The translations under genes were made by a program, and so were the position numbers. A stretch of DNA of 59,812 nucleotides, the filler included, from Trypethelium eluteriae (lineage: Eukaryota): assembly GCA_051942245.1 (NCBI GenBank). It is 4 parts of 4 records of this genome, joined end to end, with 100 filler letters (N's around TTAATTAATTAA, not from the genome) between each part and the next. Parts side by side here need not be neighbours in the genome. Positions count along the whole stretch, not along the records: positions 30,022 to 44,903 come from JAVECL010000670.1; positions 45,004 to 59,812 come from JAVECL010000671.1; 2 more parts are not named here. One strand, 5' to 3'. Positions 37,568 to 48,994 of the stretch are shown piece after piece (position 1 is the stretch's first letter; each line of letters opens with the position of its first letter). The notes beneath the pieces were generated by a model. The model did not search any database. It had not been told where the DNA came from and worked only from the letters and a program-made list of their open reading frames with translations.

Positions 37568-39229
37568 GTTGATCCACAACTTTCGAATTCAAGATGGAGA
37601 TAAGAGCTTTGAGGACAGAAGGGAATGTAGGCCTTGCTCTAGTATATGATATTCCAGAATATTCAAGTTTCAGAGAGGTGACGTGTTCATTATCGGCTTA
37701 GCATTCAAGGCCATCAAAAGCAGCATGTGGCAAGCTGAGGTTTAGGAGAGAGGGGCGAATCGCGGCTGAGAGAATGGAGTAGCCTACTTAGGCAACAATA
37801 TAGATACTTGTTTCATCTTGAGCACACTATACCTATATGAATCATAAGGTGTCCGTGCTGATGTTGTTGCATCTTCTCCGCTCGTTCCGCTCTCGTAGGT
37901 GAGCTCGTTCGAAGTGGATTTAAAATAGTGCAGGTAGCCTGATAGCCGCTGACCAACACCAAACATTTTCGCATTAAAAAGGCTTGATCGCAGTCTTGAA
38001 CACATATCATTTTATATAGCTCCGGGACGAAACATCATGCATCACTTCGCTAATGGAATGGCAATAATGTAATATGAAGATCGAAAAGCCTTCGCTTACT
38101 ACTCATTTATCTGCAGCAACCAAGCCACAGACCGATGTACCGTCATCATTACCAATATACCTATACCAACTCAGTGGCACACCACGTCACAGCGGGAGAA
38201 TGCTTAGGCTGACACACGGTGAACGGCATGATTTATTAGTGCGTCATTGTTGAGTTCATCCGCAGCATCTATACCAGCTCGATGGTCGTTTCCCCAATTC
38301 TGTCCAAGCTACCGATACTACTTCCACTGTAGAGCAAGTATTATGAAGAGCTCAGGCTTGGTCGTCAGATGGACATGCAACAGTGGTGGAAGTTGATCGG
38401 ACAAGACTTCCCGAACGGAGCTGCACCCTCAGTCATAAAAGATACCCTCTTAACAGATATCAAATTTTCTTGAGCAGAAGAGGGAGCAACATACCTTACA
38501 TCATCGTTCCTGGCTGCAGATAGGGACGATGCGCACATGGCTCTGAATACATTCACTATGGCCAGACACAAGCAACGAATTAATTGCAGGTAACAGCATC
38601 TTAGAATACAATCCCTAAATACCGCCCAACAGACAAAGGAAAGGGTTAGAGAAGAGAAAAGGGGGAATGTGAGCCAAAGACAAGGGCAAGAAGTAGGAGA
38701 AGCAAAATATCGAGATCAAGCCGAGCAATCAATTCCCATGTGCTGCGCTTAGAACCTGTCGTCGCGCAAGACAGCCACCAATACCAACATTTCCGCTGTT
38801 CTTGTTCTCGTTGCTCCCTCTCTAACCCCATCTCATCCATCCTACAGGCTCGTGCCGATGAACAATTATTAGTCAAATTTTTTCCGGTGTGAAAAGGGAA
38901 AAAAAGGGTTGAATGAGCGGGTGTATTGCCGATGTGCAAAGCTGAGGGATATCCTTGGTTGATTAAAACGGAAAGACATGAGTAGACAAGCCGAGGTAGT
39001 GTAAAAGAAAAGATGGCAATCGAAGAATCGAAGATAAGACAGACTGGAGCTGGAATACCACGGTGTGGGACCATTGCATGTTCGGAGTAAAGTAGACCAG
39101 CGCACAGGGCATTGTGGCCAGTCCAGGAGAACAAAGCAAATCTGCGCCTGTACGCCGGAAACAAGGCTTATGCAGTCCCAAACCGGCAAAGATCCTGCTC
39201 CGAGTCGCCAATCCGTCGAGTTGTGCCGC

Positions 39230-40997
39230 TTAGCGCAGTGAAAACCCTTTCCTCTTGCCTTCTTTTTCGAGCGGTCTTCCGCTTTCGACTCGTGCCTTCT
39301 TTTCTTCTAGCTCTTGCTTTTGCTTTTCCAACTGCTCTTTCATCTCGCGATGACGTGCGTAGAGTTCTTCTTCTGATTGCTTGAGCTTGGATTCTTTCTC
39401 TTGGACCTTCTGTTGGAAGACCATCTTCATCTCTTGTTCCATCTTTGCCAGTTTCTGTTCGTGTAGGCTTCTCTCTTCTTCTTGCTTCACAGCTGGGTTG
39501 ACCTCCTTGAAAACGCTTGGATCTTGGGCAACCCCCATGGCGGTGAGCTTGTCGCTCCGGTAGTTCTCATAGAGCGCATTGTTGGTGTGCTCCTTGAGCT
39601 CCTCCATGTGCGTACGGATGAGCATTTGGCGGAGCTTCACGAAATCGCAATGCTCCTCGTTGTCGACCTCAATGATGCCCCATGGATAGCGACGACCGCG
39701 AACCCTTCGACCTTCTGCTGTGGTAACCTCAGTGCTGGCTCCAACCACTGCGAACGGAACTTTTGACATGATCTCGTTGTTCTCGGCAATGGTCTCCTCA
39801 TCGTCAAGTTCGTATCGTGGACCTTCGAAGATTTGGATATTGTGATGCTGAATATCTGCAAGAATCTGCCAAAGAATTTAGTAACTCCATTGCACTTACA
39901 TTAGTATGAAATCTACACACCCTATGTTTAAATGCTGCAATCTCCTCATCCGTCAAGGTGTCTGCTTTGGCGATGACGGGGATGAGGTTAACTTTGGTGT
40001 GCAGTCGGCGCATAACCTCGACGTCTAACGGCTTGAGTGCGTGGCCAGTTGGCTGAATGAAGTACACGCAAGCGTGAACACGGTTATCGACGATGTTCAT
40101 TCTGTTGACCTTGTTTTCTGCATCGAGGTAGGCATCAAAACGCTGCTCAATATTCTCCACAATTGGACGCCAAGAATCATCATTGTTTACGAAATCGCCA
40201 AAGCCTGGGGTATCAACAACAGTCAATCGAAGGCGGACGCCATTCTCTTCAATGTCGGCGCTGATCGATTGTATGGAGACGGTCTTTGGAATGATATCGA
40301 GGCTAGGCCCTTTACGCTCTTTCGGTGGGTATAGGGAGGTGTTGAAGAGGGTATTGACGAGCGTGGATTTGCCTAGGCCGGATTCACCTGAAAAGATTTA
40401 GTAATAAGACCTTGTAGGACAAGAAGCCGACTGGATTTTCCGATGGCATACCAACAACCATGACATTGAAGTTGAACCCTTTCCGTACACTTTTTCGATG
40501 CCATTGGTTTGGCAAGTTTGCAAATCCCACGTAGCCAGTCAACTTCCTCCGCACAATATTCCTCATATCGCTAGCGGCCGCTGCCGCAGCTTTGGGGTCT
40601 TTGGAAGAGATGGTTTGCGGGGCAGCGTTGGGGCCATTTGGCATTGCATTGCTCGTCGAAACTGGTGTTGCTGGCTTGCCGTTGGGCAAGCCTGCTGGCG
40701 AGGGAGATGCTCTCGCAGGGGGCTGCGCGGATACGCCGTTTGTTGCTGTAAATGATTCCATGTCAGTGACTAGCGTCGTGGTTGTGAACGAAGATTCGAG
40801 TTGAGGCAAGATCCGACTGTCGGTCTTGCTGGTAGGACGGCTCGACGTAGGAGACTCAGTGACTCCGCGAATACTCGTTCCCACAGCCATGGCGTCTGAA
40901 TGTGTTGAAAAGTCGAGAAAAAAATTGAAGAATGGGAAGGTTGGTTGAGCTCTCAACAATTGCGGATTTATGGAAAAGGACAGAGGCGCTCACCCAT
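39230..40997 (-). CDS. CDC3: Septin Cdc3/AspB
   Basis: [53 protein letters not shown] and a C-terminal coiled coil ending KRKGFSLR. A 4-nt first exon ATGG at 40997 splices in frame. Confidence 0.95.
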
Positions 40998-42179
40998 GGC
41001 CGTCTGATGGAAGCAGAGGCTAGAAGCAGGAGGTAGTCAAGGTATTCGCGAGGAGCACACCTGCTGTAATGAGAAGATGGTCAGCTGTTGCCAAGCACAG
41101 GCGATTGCGCAAGGCAGTATGAGTCTACTTGGTAGGAGCGTGGTTTCCTGTTCGCCTGAAATTCGGGTTCAGAGGAAGCAGCTTCGAGCTCCTGGCAGCA
41201 CACGGTAGGATTGCCGAGAACGCACCTTGATGGTCGCCTACACCGCAAGGCGCAAGGATGAATGCAGCTGGGATGATATCAGGGCACGCGAAACTGGTCG
41301 GGCGCGAAGAGAAAAAGGAATTGTTTGTTAGGTGAGGTGAGTGAAGTTTGTCGGCAAGGGAAAGGCGTTGATGCTGAAACTGGGCCGCGGACCCCTTTTG
41401 CGACAAGGATGCTGGCCAAACTATTAGAAGACCTAAGGCCCTAGGTACGCGAATAGTCTCCGAATGCTACGATGGAACTCTGCCGCTGAGCTGCAATTCC
41501 TGTTTGCAAACTGGTTCGAACGGACAATTTAACCCTCTCACACAGGGTGCAATACCGTTGAAACTGTCGTACTTCCTGCAAATGTGCGTTGTCCCACGAT
41601 TCCGGGGTCAGAGCTAATGAGGATAAGGCAATGCAGCTGGGTGACACTCTGGAACGTCACGTGCCTGCAATTTAATTCCAACCCTCACCAGCCCTCGTCC
41701 TCTCCGCATCCATGCCAGAAGTTGCACACCGAGATTTTGGCGCCAAATCCATCGTATCGAAAGCATTACATCGACGACACGCGACAATCAGTTCGACGAC
41801 TCTACTGCCTGTTTCGGTCTCAATTGCCTTTAAAGCCGCATCTGTAATGACGCGTACTGCCGTCAGCGCTCCCGCCCGCCCTTCCTGACCAATGGGCACC
41901 GAGCAAACTCCCTGACACGTACTGTGGCTTGCTAGAACGGATAATTGCATCTGTCAAGACGTACTCTTCTCCACAAGCGTCACGGGTCATGGCAATACTA
42001 GTACTTGCGTAGAACATACAGCAATCTCTACCTGTAGTTGTGTCGGTGTAGAGTAATTGCTCAGTTGTGACCTCAGTGGCGCTGACCCGCAGCCCACGTC
42101 AATTAACTGCTTCTTCGGGGAATTAGCTCTAGTTCTCCACAATATTGTCTAAGTCTCAAAAGTAGTCGAGACCGTGAGA

Positions 42180-42815
42180 ATGTCGAGCTCCTCCTCCCCA
42201 ACTGCCACAACTACACAGCGCCAGATTCGCGCTAGCTACGACGTTCACACAATCACCGTTTACCAAGCATTCTCCTCCATCATAGCACTGCCAGCTGTAG
42301 CTTCTCAGAATCTCGCCGCATGTCCATCCTTCAAACATGGCCGTATGACTTGGATCAAGCCTTCTTGGTGCTGGATGATGTACCGCAGTGGCTACTCGTT
42401 CAAAGATGCAGGCCAAGAGCGGATTTTAGCACTGACCATTACGCACGCAGATTTTGTGGGAATACTTCAACAGGCTCAACTGTCACATGCTTCAAAGACT
42501 CAACATGATCCTACGGTGAAAGATGAAAACTCTAGCGTTGTGGTGCAATGGGATCCTGAGCGCGGACCACGACTGGAGAGACTGAACTATCGGAGTATGC
42601 AGATTGGCATTCCCGGCAAGATGAGTAAGAAATGGACAAGCGAATTGGTACAAGGGATTGAGGATGTGACAGAGAAGGCGAGACAGCTAAAGAAGGTTCT
42701 GGATGAGAGCCCAGGGATTACCGACGAAGATCTCAAACAAATGGGATTACTGCCAAACGAGGACATTTTCGAATTGCCAGAGGTTGCAATGGAAAGATTG
42801 CAGATGGATTCCTGA
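42180..42815 (+). CDS. DUF4291-family protein (intronless)
   Basis: RQIRASYD..TITVYQAF, RMTWIKPSWCWMMYRSGY..KD.GQERILA and VVVQWDPER...RSMQIGI. Confidence 0.85.
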   Translation: MSSSSSPTATTTQRQIRASYDVHTITVYQAFSSIIALPAVASQNLAACPSFKHGRMTWIKPSWCWMMYRSGYSFKDAGQERILALTITHADFVGILQQAQLSHASKTQHDPTVKDENSSVVVQWDPERGPRLERLNYRSMQIGIPGKMSKKWTSELVQGIEDVTEKARQLKKVLDESPGITDEDLKQMGLLPNEDIFELPEVAMERLQMDS

Positions 42816-43875
42816 GTGGTATGTGTGGCTGCTATAGTTGTATAACCGGTGCGAAGATCTTCCCAACGTCTACGTCTAGAGGTTCAGAATCAATAATGGG
42901 GCCCTGCGCCAGCCACCGCGTTCTGACTGCCCCCTGGCTGACTTACAGACCCCGAGGATGCTCCTATCAGGTCTTCATGCTATGGACTTGGTTGAATAAT
43001 CGTTAAGGGACACACTACCGCAATCGATGGTGCATACTTTGTCGTACATCTAAGTACGCCATTCATCCATTCGTCTGTAGGCATTGACAGCATCGTTCCA
43101 GTCTGCGCAGAGATCATATATCTGATCTCGGACTTCGCGAGGCAGCAAGAGAAATGGGGAAACACCCGCCATCTCGTATGTCTTCAGGTAGAGTTATCAA
43201 AAGAGCACATCGGCCAGTGCAGAACCTGTAATTGAGCATTTCCCTTAGGCCTGGGGGGGCATTGAAGTTGTCATAGTGGTACTGCACGCCATCTGCTCAC
43301 AACCGCTGGTGTGGTGCAGCCCCTCTGGAGTGGGGCGCTTCTGAGCAAAAGGAACGGTTCTCCAACACCCAGCCTCCGTCCGTTGTGACTATGCGATCAT
43401 CCAGGGATATCTGAGATTTTTCAAAGACAACTTTAGCCGCTGTGATCCGATTTTGAGTACTGTTAGTCCACGGAATTAGCCATCGGATATTTCAAGAATG
43501 GAAACATAGAAATGTCACGCATTTCTCGATTCTACCTCTACCCAAGATTGCGCAATTCGCCGGATCCAGTCAACGCCCGGCATAGCAAAACCTGACCTAT
43601 CAGGTGCTCTGGCGTACCGAACAGATTTATTAGAATCCCGATGACTGGATGATAGATTTCGGTGATCCCCAAGACAGCCATACACTTAATGCCGCACTCC
43701 CAACGACGTAAGGATTACGTCGGAAAGTCTGTACCAAACTGGGTTATAAGAAGTCTCTGCCACCTATGATATTTCAACCTCATTCCTCTTAAGCTTTGCA
43801 ACTCGCTGCGAACTTCACAATCTTACAGCCTTCTCCGTTTGTTTGAAGGATAACTCGTTACATATTCTTGAAAGC

Positions 43876-44261
43876 ATGCCCGTGAGTAAAGACGGAACCG
43901 TTGCTGGGGCCGCCTATGGGAATGCCCAGCCAGCGACCGTAGAGCCCGATGGTAGCTTGGATGGAGTTGAAGCTGGTCTGGCAAAGAGCTATGAAAACAA
44001 AACCGTAAGTGACTGGTATATCTTTCACTCACGTTAGCATCGCTACTATCGCTGTGACTACTATTGCGGTACGCGTTTTTACTAAGATTCGTGGCTCGGT
44101 AGATTGGAAAAGAATTGTCAAGCAATGTCGAAAAGGAGAAACAGCAGGGGAAAGGATACTACCAAACCAATGTCAACAAAGATTCAGATCCGAAAAGCCA
44201 GCAAAGCGCACTGGCCCAATCCACAAAAGATGCGGAGAAAATTACCAAACGCCAACGTTAA
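43876..44261 (+). CDS. Small hydrophilic two-exon protein (95 aa)
   Basis: Exon 1 43876-44004, intron GTAAGT..ACTAAG..TAG (44005-44102), exon 2 44103-44261 in frame to TAA. A TATAA lies at about 43745. Confidence 0.65.
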
Positions 44262-44903
44262 ACCGAGAAAAGGACTTTCGTGTCAAAGATATCAACATCT
44301 TCCAACGCGATGTTTGCAAACAAGTTGTCAGCGTTCGTTATCTGTATAAGGTAGAGCATGAAAGTTGTTAGAAATTCAAAGTTGGCGCCATAGATTTTAG
44401 ATGTCGATTGGAAGAGCCGCTCATTTGATGGGTGGATTGAATTGTATCGCTTGATTATAGACTCGGGGTCATGTAGTGGTAAACAGATCCTACCTTAGGT
44501 ATCGTATCTAAGATTAACCCCACCCGGCCGCCTATTGCACCCTACTACGCGCTTCTACACGAGCGTTCCGAACACAATATGCTAGCATGCAGAGCAGATA
44601 CCAAAGCAGTAATTGCTGTATTTTGTGCCCCAGAAAAGCTAAATATCTTAACATTAGCTCTTATTTGATCCTGGTTTTCTTCAGACTGACTTCTTATGCA
44701 ACTGTGCAATGGCGAAGCAGACGTGCAAGAGAAAAAGCCATACTCCTACCAAGAGACCTCCACACAAGCACCTCTCGCTCACCGCCTCTTCCAACCGGTC
44801 ACTCCCTCCCTGATCGACCCCGCTCCTTACCATCCCAACCAACCTCACCCGGCCACCCCCTCTACTTTCCTCAAAAACTCCCTCACCCGTCCAACCTCCA
44901 TCC

Positions 44904-45003
44904 NNNNNNNNNNNNNNNNNNNNNNNNNNNNNNNNNNNNNNNNNNNNTTAATTAATTAANNNNNNNNNNNNNNNNNNNNNNNNNNNNNNNNNNNNNNNNN
45001 NNN
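44904..45003. other. Artificial contig spacer (44 N + TTAATTAATTAA + 44 N)
   Basis: Seen directly. Confidence 0.97.
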
Positions 45004-45004
45004 G

Positions 45005-45253
45005 GATGATGGTAATGGTGCTGGGGGAGGGGACGGGGACGTGGAAATGAAAGACGCAGATGCCGAGGGCGAGGCTGATGCTGAGGGTGAGGCTGATGCG
45101 GAAGGAGAAGAAGATGCAGAAGGTGAGGTGGATGGAGAGGTCAAGACGGAGCCGAAAGATGGAGAGGAGACAAAACAGGTCGCTGAGGGACCCAAAAGAA
45201 GCCAGAGCGTCGTAAGTAACGCAAGCAGGAGCAGCAGACGGTCGAGGAGGTAG
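45005..45253 (+). CDS. C-terminal fragment of an acidic, probably nuclear protein, 5'-truncated by the gap
   Basis: The open frame from the gap reads DVEMKDADAEGEADAEGEADAEGEEDAEGEVDGE...KRSQSVVSNASRSSRRSRR*. It has 18-bp DAEGEA repeats and a basic tail. Identity cannot be assigned. Confidence 0.55.
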   Translation, partial: DDGNGAGGGDGDVEMKDADAEGEADAEGEADAEGEEDAEGEVDGEVKTEPKDGEETKQVAEGPKRSQSVVSNASRSSRRSRR

Positions 45254-45657
45254 TGAAGTGCTTTACTAAACAATGTCGAGAAGAATAGGATTGCACTCCC
45301 CATTAGGAGTCGGCCTTTGTTGTACTAATCAATAGCATACACGTCGATCATTAGAAAAGAAGCTCATTTGATACAAGCAGCATTGGCTGCATGGTTGTGG
45401 CTATCAAAGCGCAGCATGTCAAGTTTCGTTTCTTCGTTACTGTGACAGAACCTGACGCCGATGGTTTAAAGCACTAAGCATACACTTTGTCCTCTGCATA
45501 TCAGAGTTCATTTGAGCAAGGAAACTGTTGGGTCGAGACCGCTAAGAGTCGAGTTTCATATCAAGCAGCTGCCATGTCCAGCCTGCAGCAATCCAGCAAA
45601 CAAGTTGTTACTGTTCCATACTTATATCAATCCTTGTCTCGACCCGTCTTTCTTCAT

Positions 45658-46373
45658 TTAGAATTTCTTTCCAGCAGCAGTGTCCTCATCCAGCTCAACG
45701 CTCTGATGGTCAGCGCTGCTGGTGGTGGACTCCTTCTCCAGGTCATATCCAGAAGCAGAGTCCTCGGACCCATGGCGTAGGTCTTCCTCGATGGGGCCGT
45801 GAACCTCTTCTTCGAACACGGGATCGGTCTCGATGGTCTCGAACTTGGTTTTGAAGTTCTTGAGGTCGTGACCGTGGGAAGAAGAATTGGAGCGGCGACG
45901 GGGATTGGTTACGTTGTAGCCATAGTCCTGAAGTTCGTCACCCTCGCGGCCCCTGTAAAATTCCATATTAGCATGTGGTTTCATATGTGGCGTGCAGACA
46001 CTGAGTCTCGCACTGCTGCTGGTAGAGTAATGGGATGTTAGCTAAGTAAAGTCAAAGTGCATACCAATTGGCTTTTCCACCACCGTCCTTCTTAGTCTTC
46101 TTGGGGTCACTGTCAACGTGACCACTCTTGGCAAAGTAGCGAGGGAGATGTTCTTCAGGAGCAGCAGTTCCGTCGGCAAGGCCAACGTGATCACGATCAG
46201 TGAATTTGTGGGAACGAGTCACTGTATGAAACCTTTCAGCGTATTTTGGAGTATGAAGTATAAAGCGATGGATCAACAGGGACCAAGCCACGTAGCGGAG
46301 TCCGCCGATGGCGTTGGGGGGATCATAGCATGTAGAGGAGGTCGAAGGATGGCTGCGTCCTGGATGACTTACT
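45658..46373 (-). CDS. Stf2/Tma10-like small stress protein (ATPase-stabilising factor family)
   Basis: MTRSHK..YFAKSGHVDSDPKKTKKDGGGKANW / GREGDELQDYGYN..RRRSNS. It has two introns, the first of which splits the ATG. Confidence 0.85.
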
Positions 46374-47549
46374 GTTCTGATTGCTTGATTGGATAATTGG
46401 AAAGCTTTGGAAGATAATTGAGATGGGAGATCGAGTGAAAGAGGGAAGTGTGAGTTAGTTATGAGCTCCTGTAGAGGTAATAACAAGAGGTAAGCTTCTT
46501 GTCTCGTGACGTCGGTGTCAGTTTCCTTGGTAGAATCTCAAAGAATGAAGCCGATGGCGTTTAAAGCGGGCCTCAGGGATTGATGCCTTACAGATGGAAC
46601 TAATGACCTTGCCACTGATTGAGTCTGGAAAGAAGGTGGAGTTGCTCAACGACAGCTGAAGAGTTGGGCCGGACTGATCAACCTACATTGTCAGGGGTTG
46701 CTCACGCGACATTAGTTTGCGGGGTCCATCACAGCCTCCAATTGGCAACGCTATTTACTTGAGGATTTCCAGAAAGAGTGATACGTCACGAGAGCGACTT
46801 GACGGGGTTCAAGTGTTCTATTCAAGGCTGATTGTCTGTGTTAGAAGGCGTGAGATATGTTAGAGCTGCTTGTGGCAGCTGTGTCATCGCAGGCAGTCAC
46901 CCCATTAGCAATTGCCACACAACTTTGATGAGCGCTCCAGAGCATTCGAAGTCAAAGCAAAGCGGCCAGCTGTCTCCTACAGTTGCCGCATAGATGTATG
47001 GAGAACGGACGTGCAATGCTTTGGTCTCAATTCGACACGGTCATTTGTCCTCACTGAGGCCCTGAAACACGGAACTCGCCTATCCTACGTCATTTTCAAT
47101 ATTTTGGAATGAAATGGCCAGCGTTTGCAGATGAGCCTCCGCAAACATCCATGGAGCTCGGTGGTGGTGCTTTTACTTTGAGTAATTGTCGCCTAGGTGA
47201 GCTGGAAGCACCAAAGGGACTGAAGGCGCATTGTGAGCAGTTGTGGCTGCATGACTTGTATTGTTTTCTCTACCGTTGCGTTCTGGCCCTAAGGTACTCT
47301 CCGCTAATTCCCCAGATTCCGTTTGGCTGCAGCCCCACGCTACAATAAAGTGGGGCGCTGATGCCGTGATCGTACGCCTATTCTACTTCGGGACTAGTCT
47401 AGCCCCAAAAATTACGAAATGTTGAAATGTCGGCCCGGCGGAAGCGTCAGGCGTGACAAAGCCACATCAAGCACTTGTACCTTACTTTCTCTCATTCGAA
47501 CATTCGTAACAACAATTTCTCAACCAAAAGCAGATTGACCTATCAAGAT

Positions 47550-48634
47550 ATGGCTCCTGCCTTCACGATAGACACCTCACCAGACTTTAGCGCCGAGATT
47601 CATCAGCCGGTCCAAGCTAAGATTGCGTCCCGGACGTTGCTCCTTGCCCCACCATCGATTTCGTCCCACCCGGAGGCCCTGGATAGGATCATTGAGGCTC
47701 ATGATAGAAATGCTACAGATATACAGATGCTCGACCGCCTTGCTCTCGGCCTTGTATCTCTGCCGCCCTCTACCTACGATATAGTTCTTATGTTATCGGA
47801 TGCCGATAGAACAAGGACTGAGAGCCAGCAACTAATGAGCAAGGACATCATGACGAGAATAGTGCAAGCGCTCAAAATCGGCGGTAGGCTGAAAAGTCAA
47901 GATGGTCTGATTGGTACAAGTGATGCTCCGGAGAGAACAGAAGCGATTTTGGCAGGCTTGGTCAGTGACGGCTCAGATGGGATGTCGAAGCAGGATACGG
48001 CCAATGAATCTGTTCCACTTAAGATTGGCAAGAAGAAGGCAAACGCTGCTGCCGTACCCCTTAATCCTGTGGAAGTCGTCAATGTTCAGTCAGCTACGAC
48101 GGATAGGTATTCGAACGGCCTACCAGAAAATGGAGTGACCGGCAAGCCAGCCGGTGTCGGGTTTGTGGATGACGAATTCGATTTTGACGATGACTATGAC
48201 GGGCCAGACGAGCTTATTGACGAGGACTCACTATTGACTGAGGAGGACTATAAAAGGCCTACCTATCAACGTAAGCTTCTGTCAATGCTTCTCCTTCATG
48301 GTCCATGGTTGACCAAGACTTTGCTGCAGCGGAATGCCGGCCGGAGGCAAGAAAGAGGCGACGAGCTTGCAAAGATTGTACATGCGGTTTAAAGCAAAAA
48401 ATCGAGGCAGAAGATACAGCCAAACGAGCTGCAGCGGATGAGGCTCTCGGAACGATGAAGCTTGGAGCCGATGACCTCACCGAAGTCGACTTCACAGTCC
48501 AGGGGAAGGTCGGAAGCTGTGGAAATTGTGCGCTGGGAGACGCATTCCGCTGCGATGGATGTCCATACATAGGACTGCCAGCCTTCAAACCAGGAGAAGA
48601 AGTGCGCCTGCTCAATAATGAAGTGCAGCTTTAA
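47550..48634 (+). CDS. DRE2: Fe-S cluster assembly protein Dre2/anamorsin
   Basis: Cys motifs [16 protein letters not shown] and [29 protein letters not shown]. Intron at about 48271-48329. Confidence 0.96.
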
Positions 48635-48994
48635 TGTTAATCGAAGTTGGGCTTTATGCATTGTTGGAGCTGTAATACTGACATCGTCTACTTATTACTT
48701 GGATAGAATGCTTCGCTTCAGAAGCCTTAGAAGATAGACCTAATTTCAAATCTTGCGCTGCATCGATGACCTGTAATGCTGTGATAGGCAGAGTGTGATG
48801 CGCTGGCTGACGTGAATTAAGCAGAGTAGCGGCAAGGGAATCCCTGCGGGAAAGTTTGGCGAGGCGACCTCCAACATGGTGTTGATGCTTTCGTGAACTC
48901 AGTCAATGCCCGACCCTGTCACCTTCGAACGCTCGCGCGCGACTTTTTCAATTGTCCTACGCGTCCGTTACATCTCTCCTCCACCTGCTTCATC

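Noticed and set aside
44587..44903. Open frames running into the third gap, as the N-terminus of the acidic fragment at 45005-45253 (whose tail is vaguely Swc4-like)
   Set aside because: The frame and start are ambiguous and the join crosses an artificial spacer, so no gene name can be supported.
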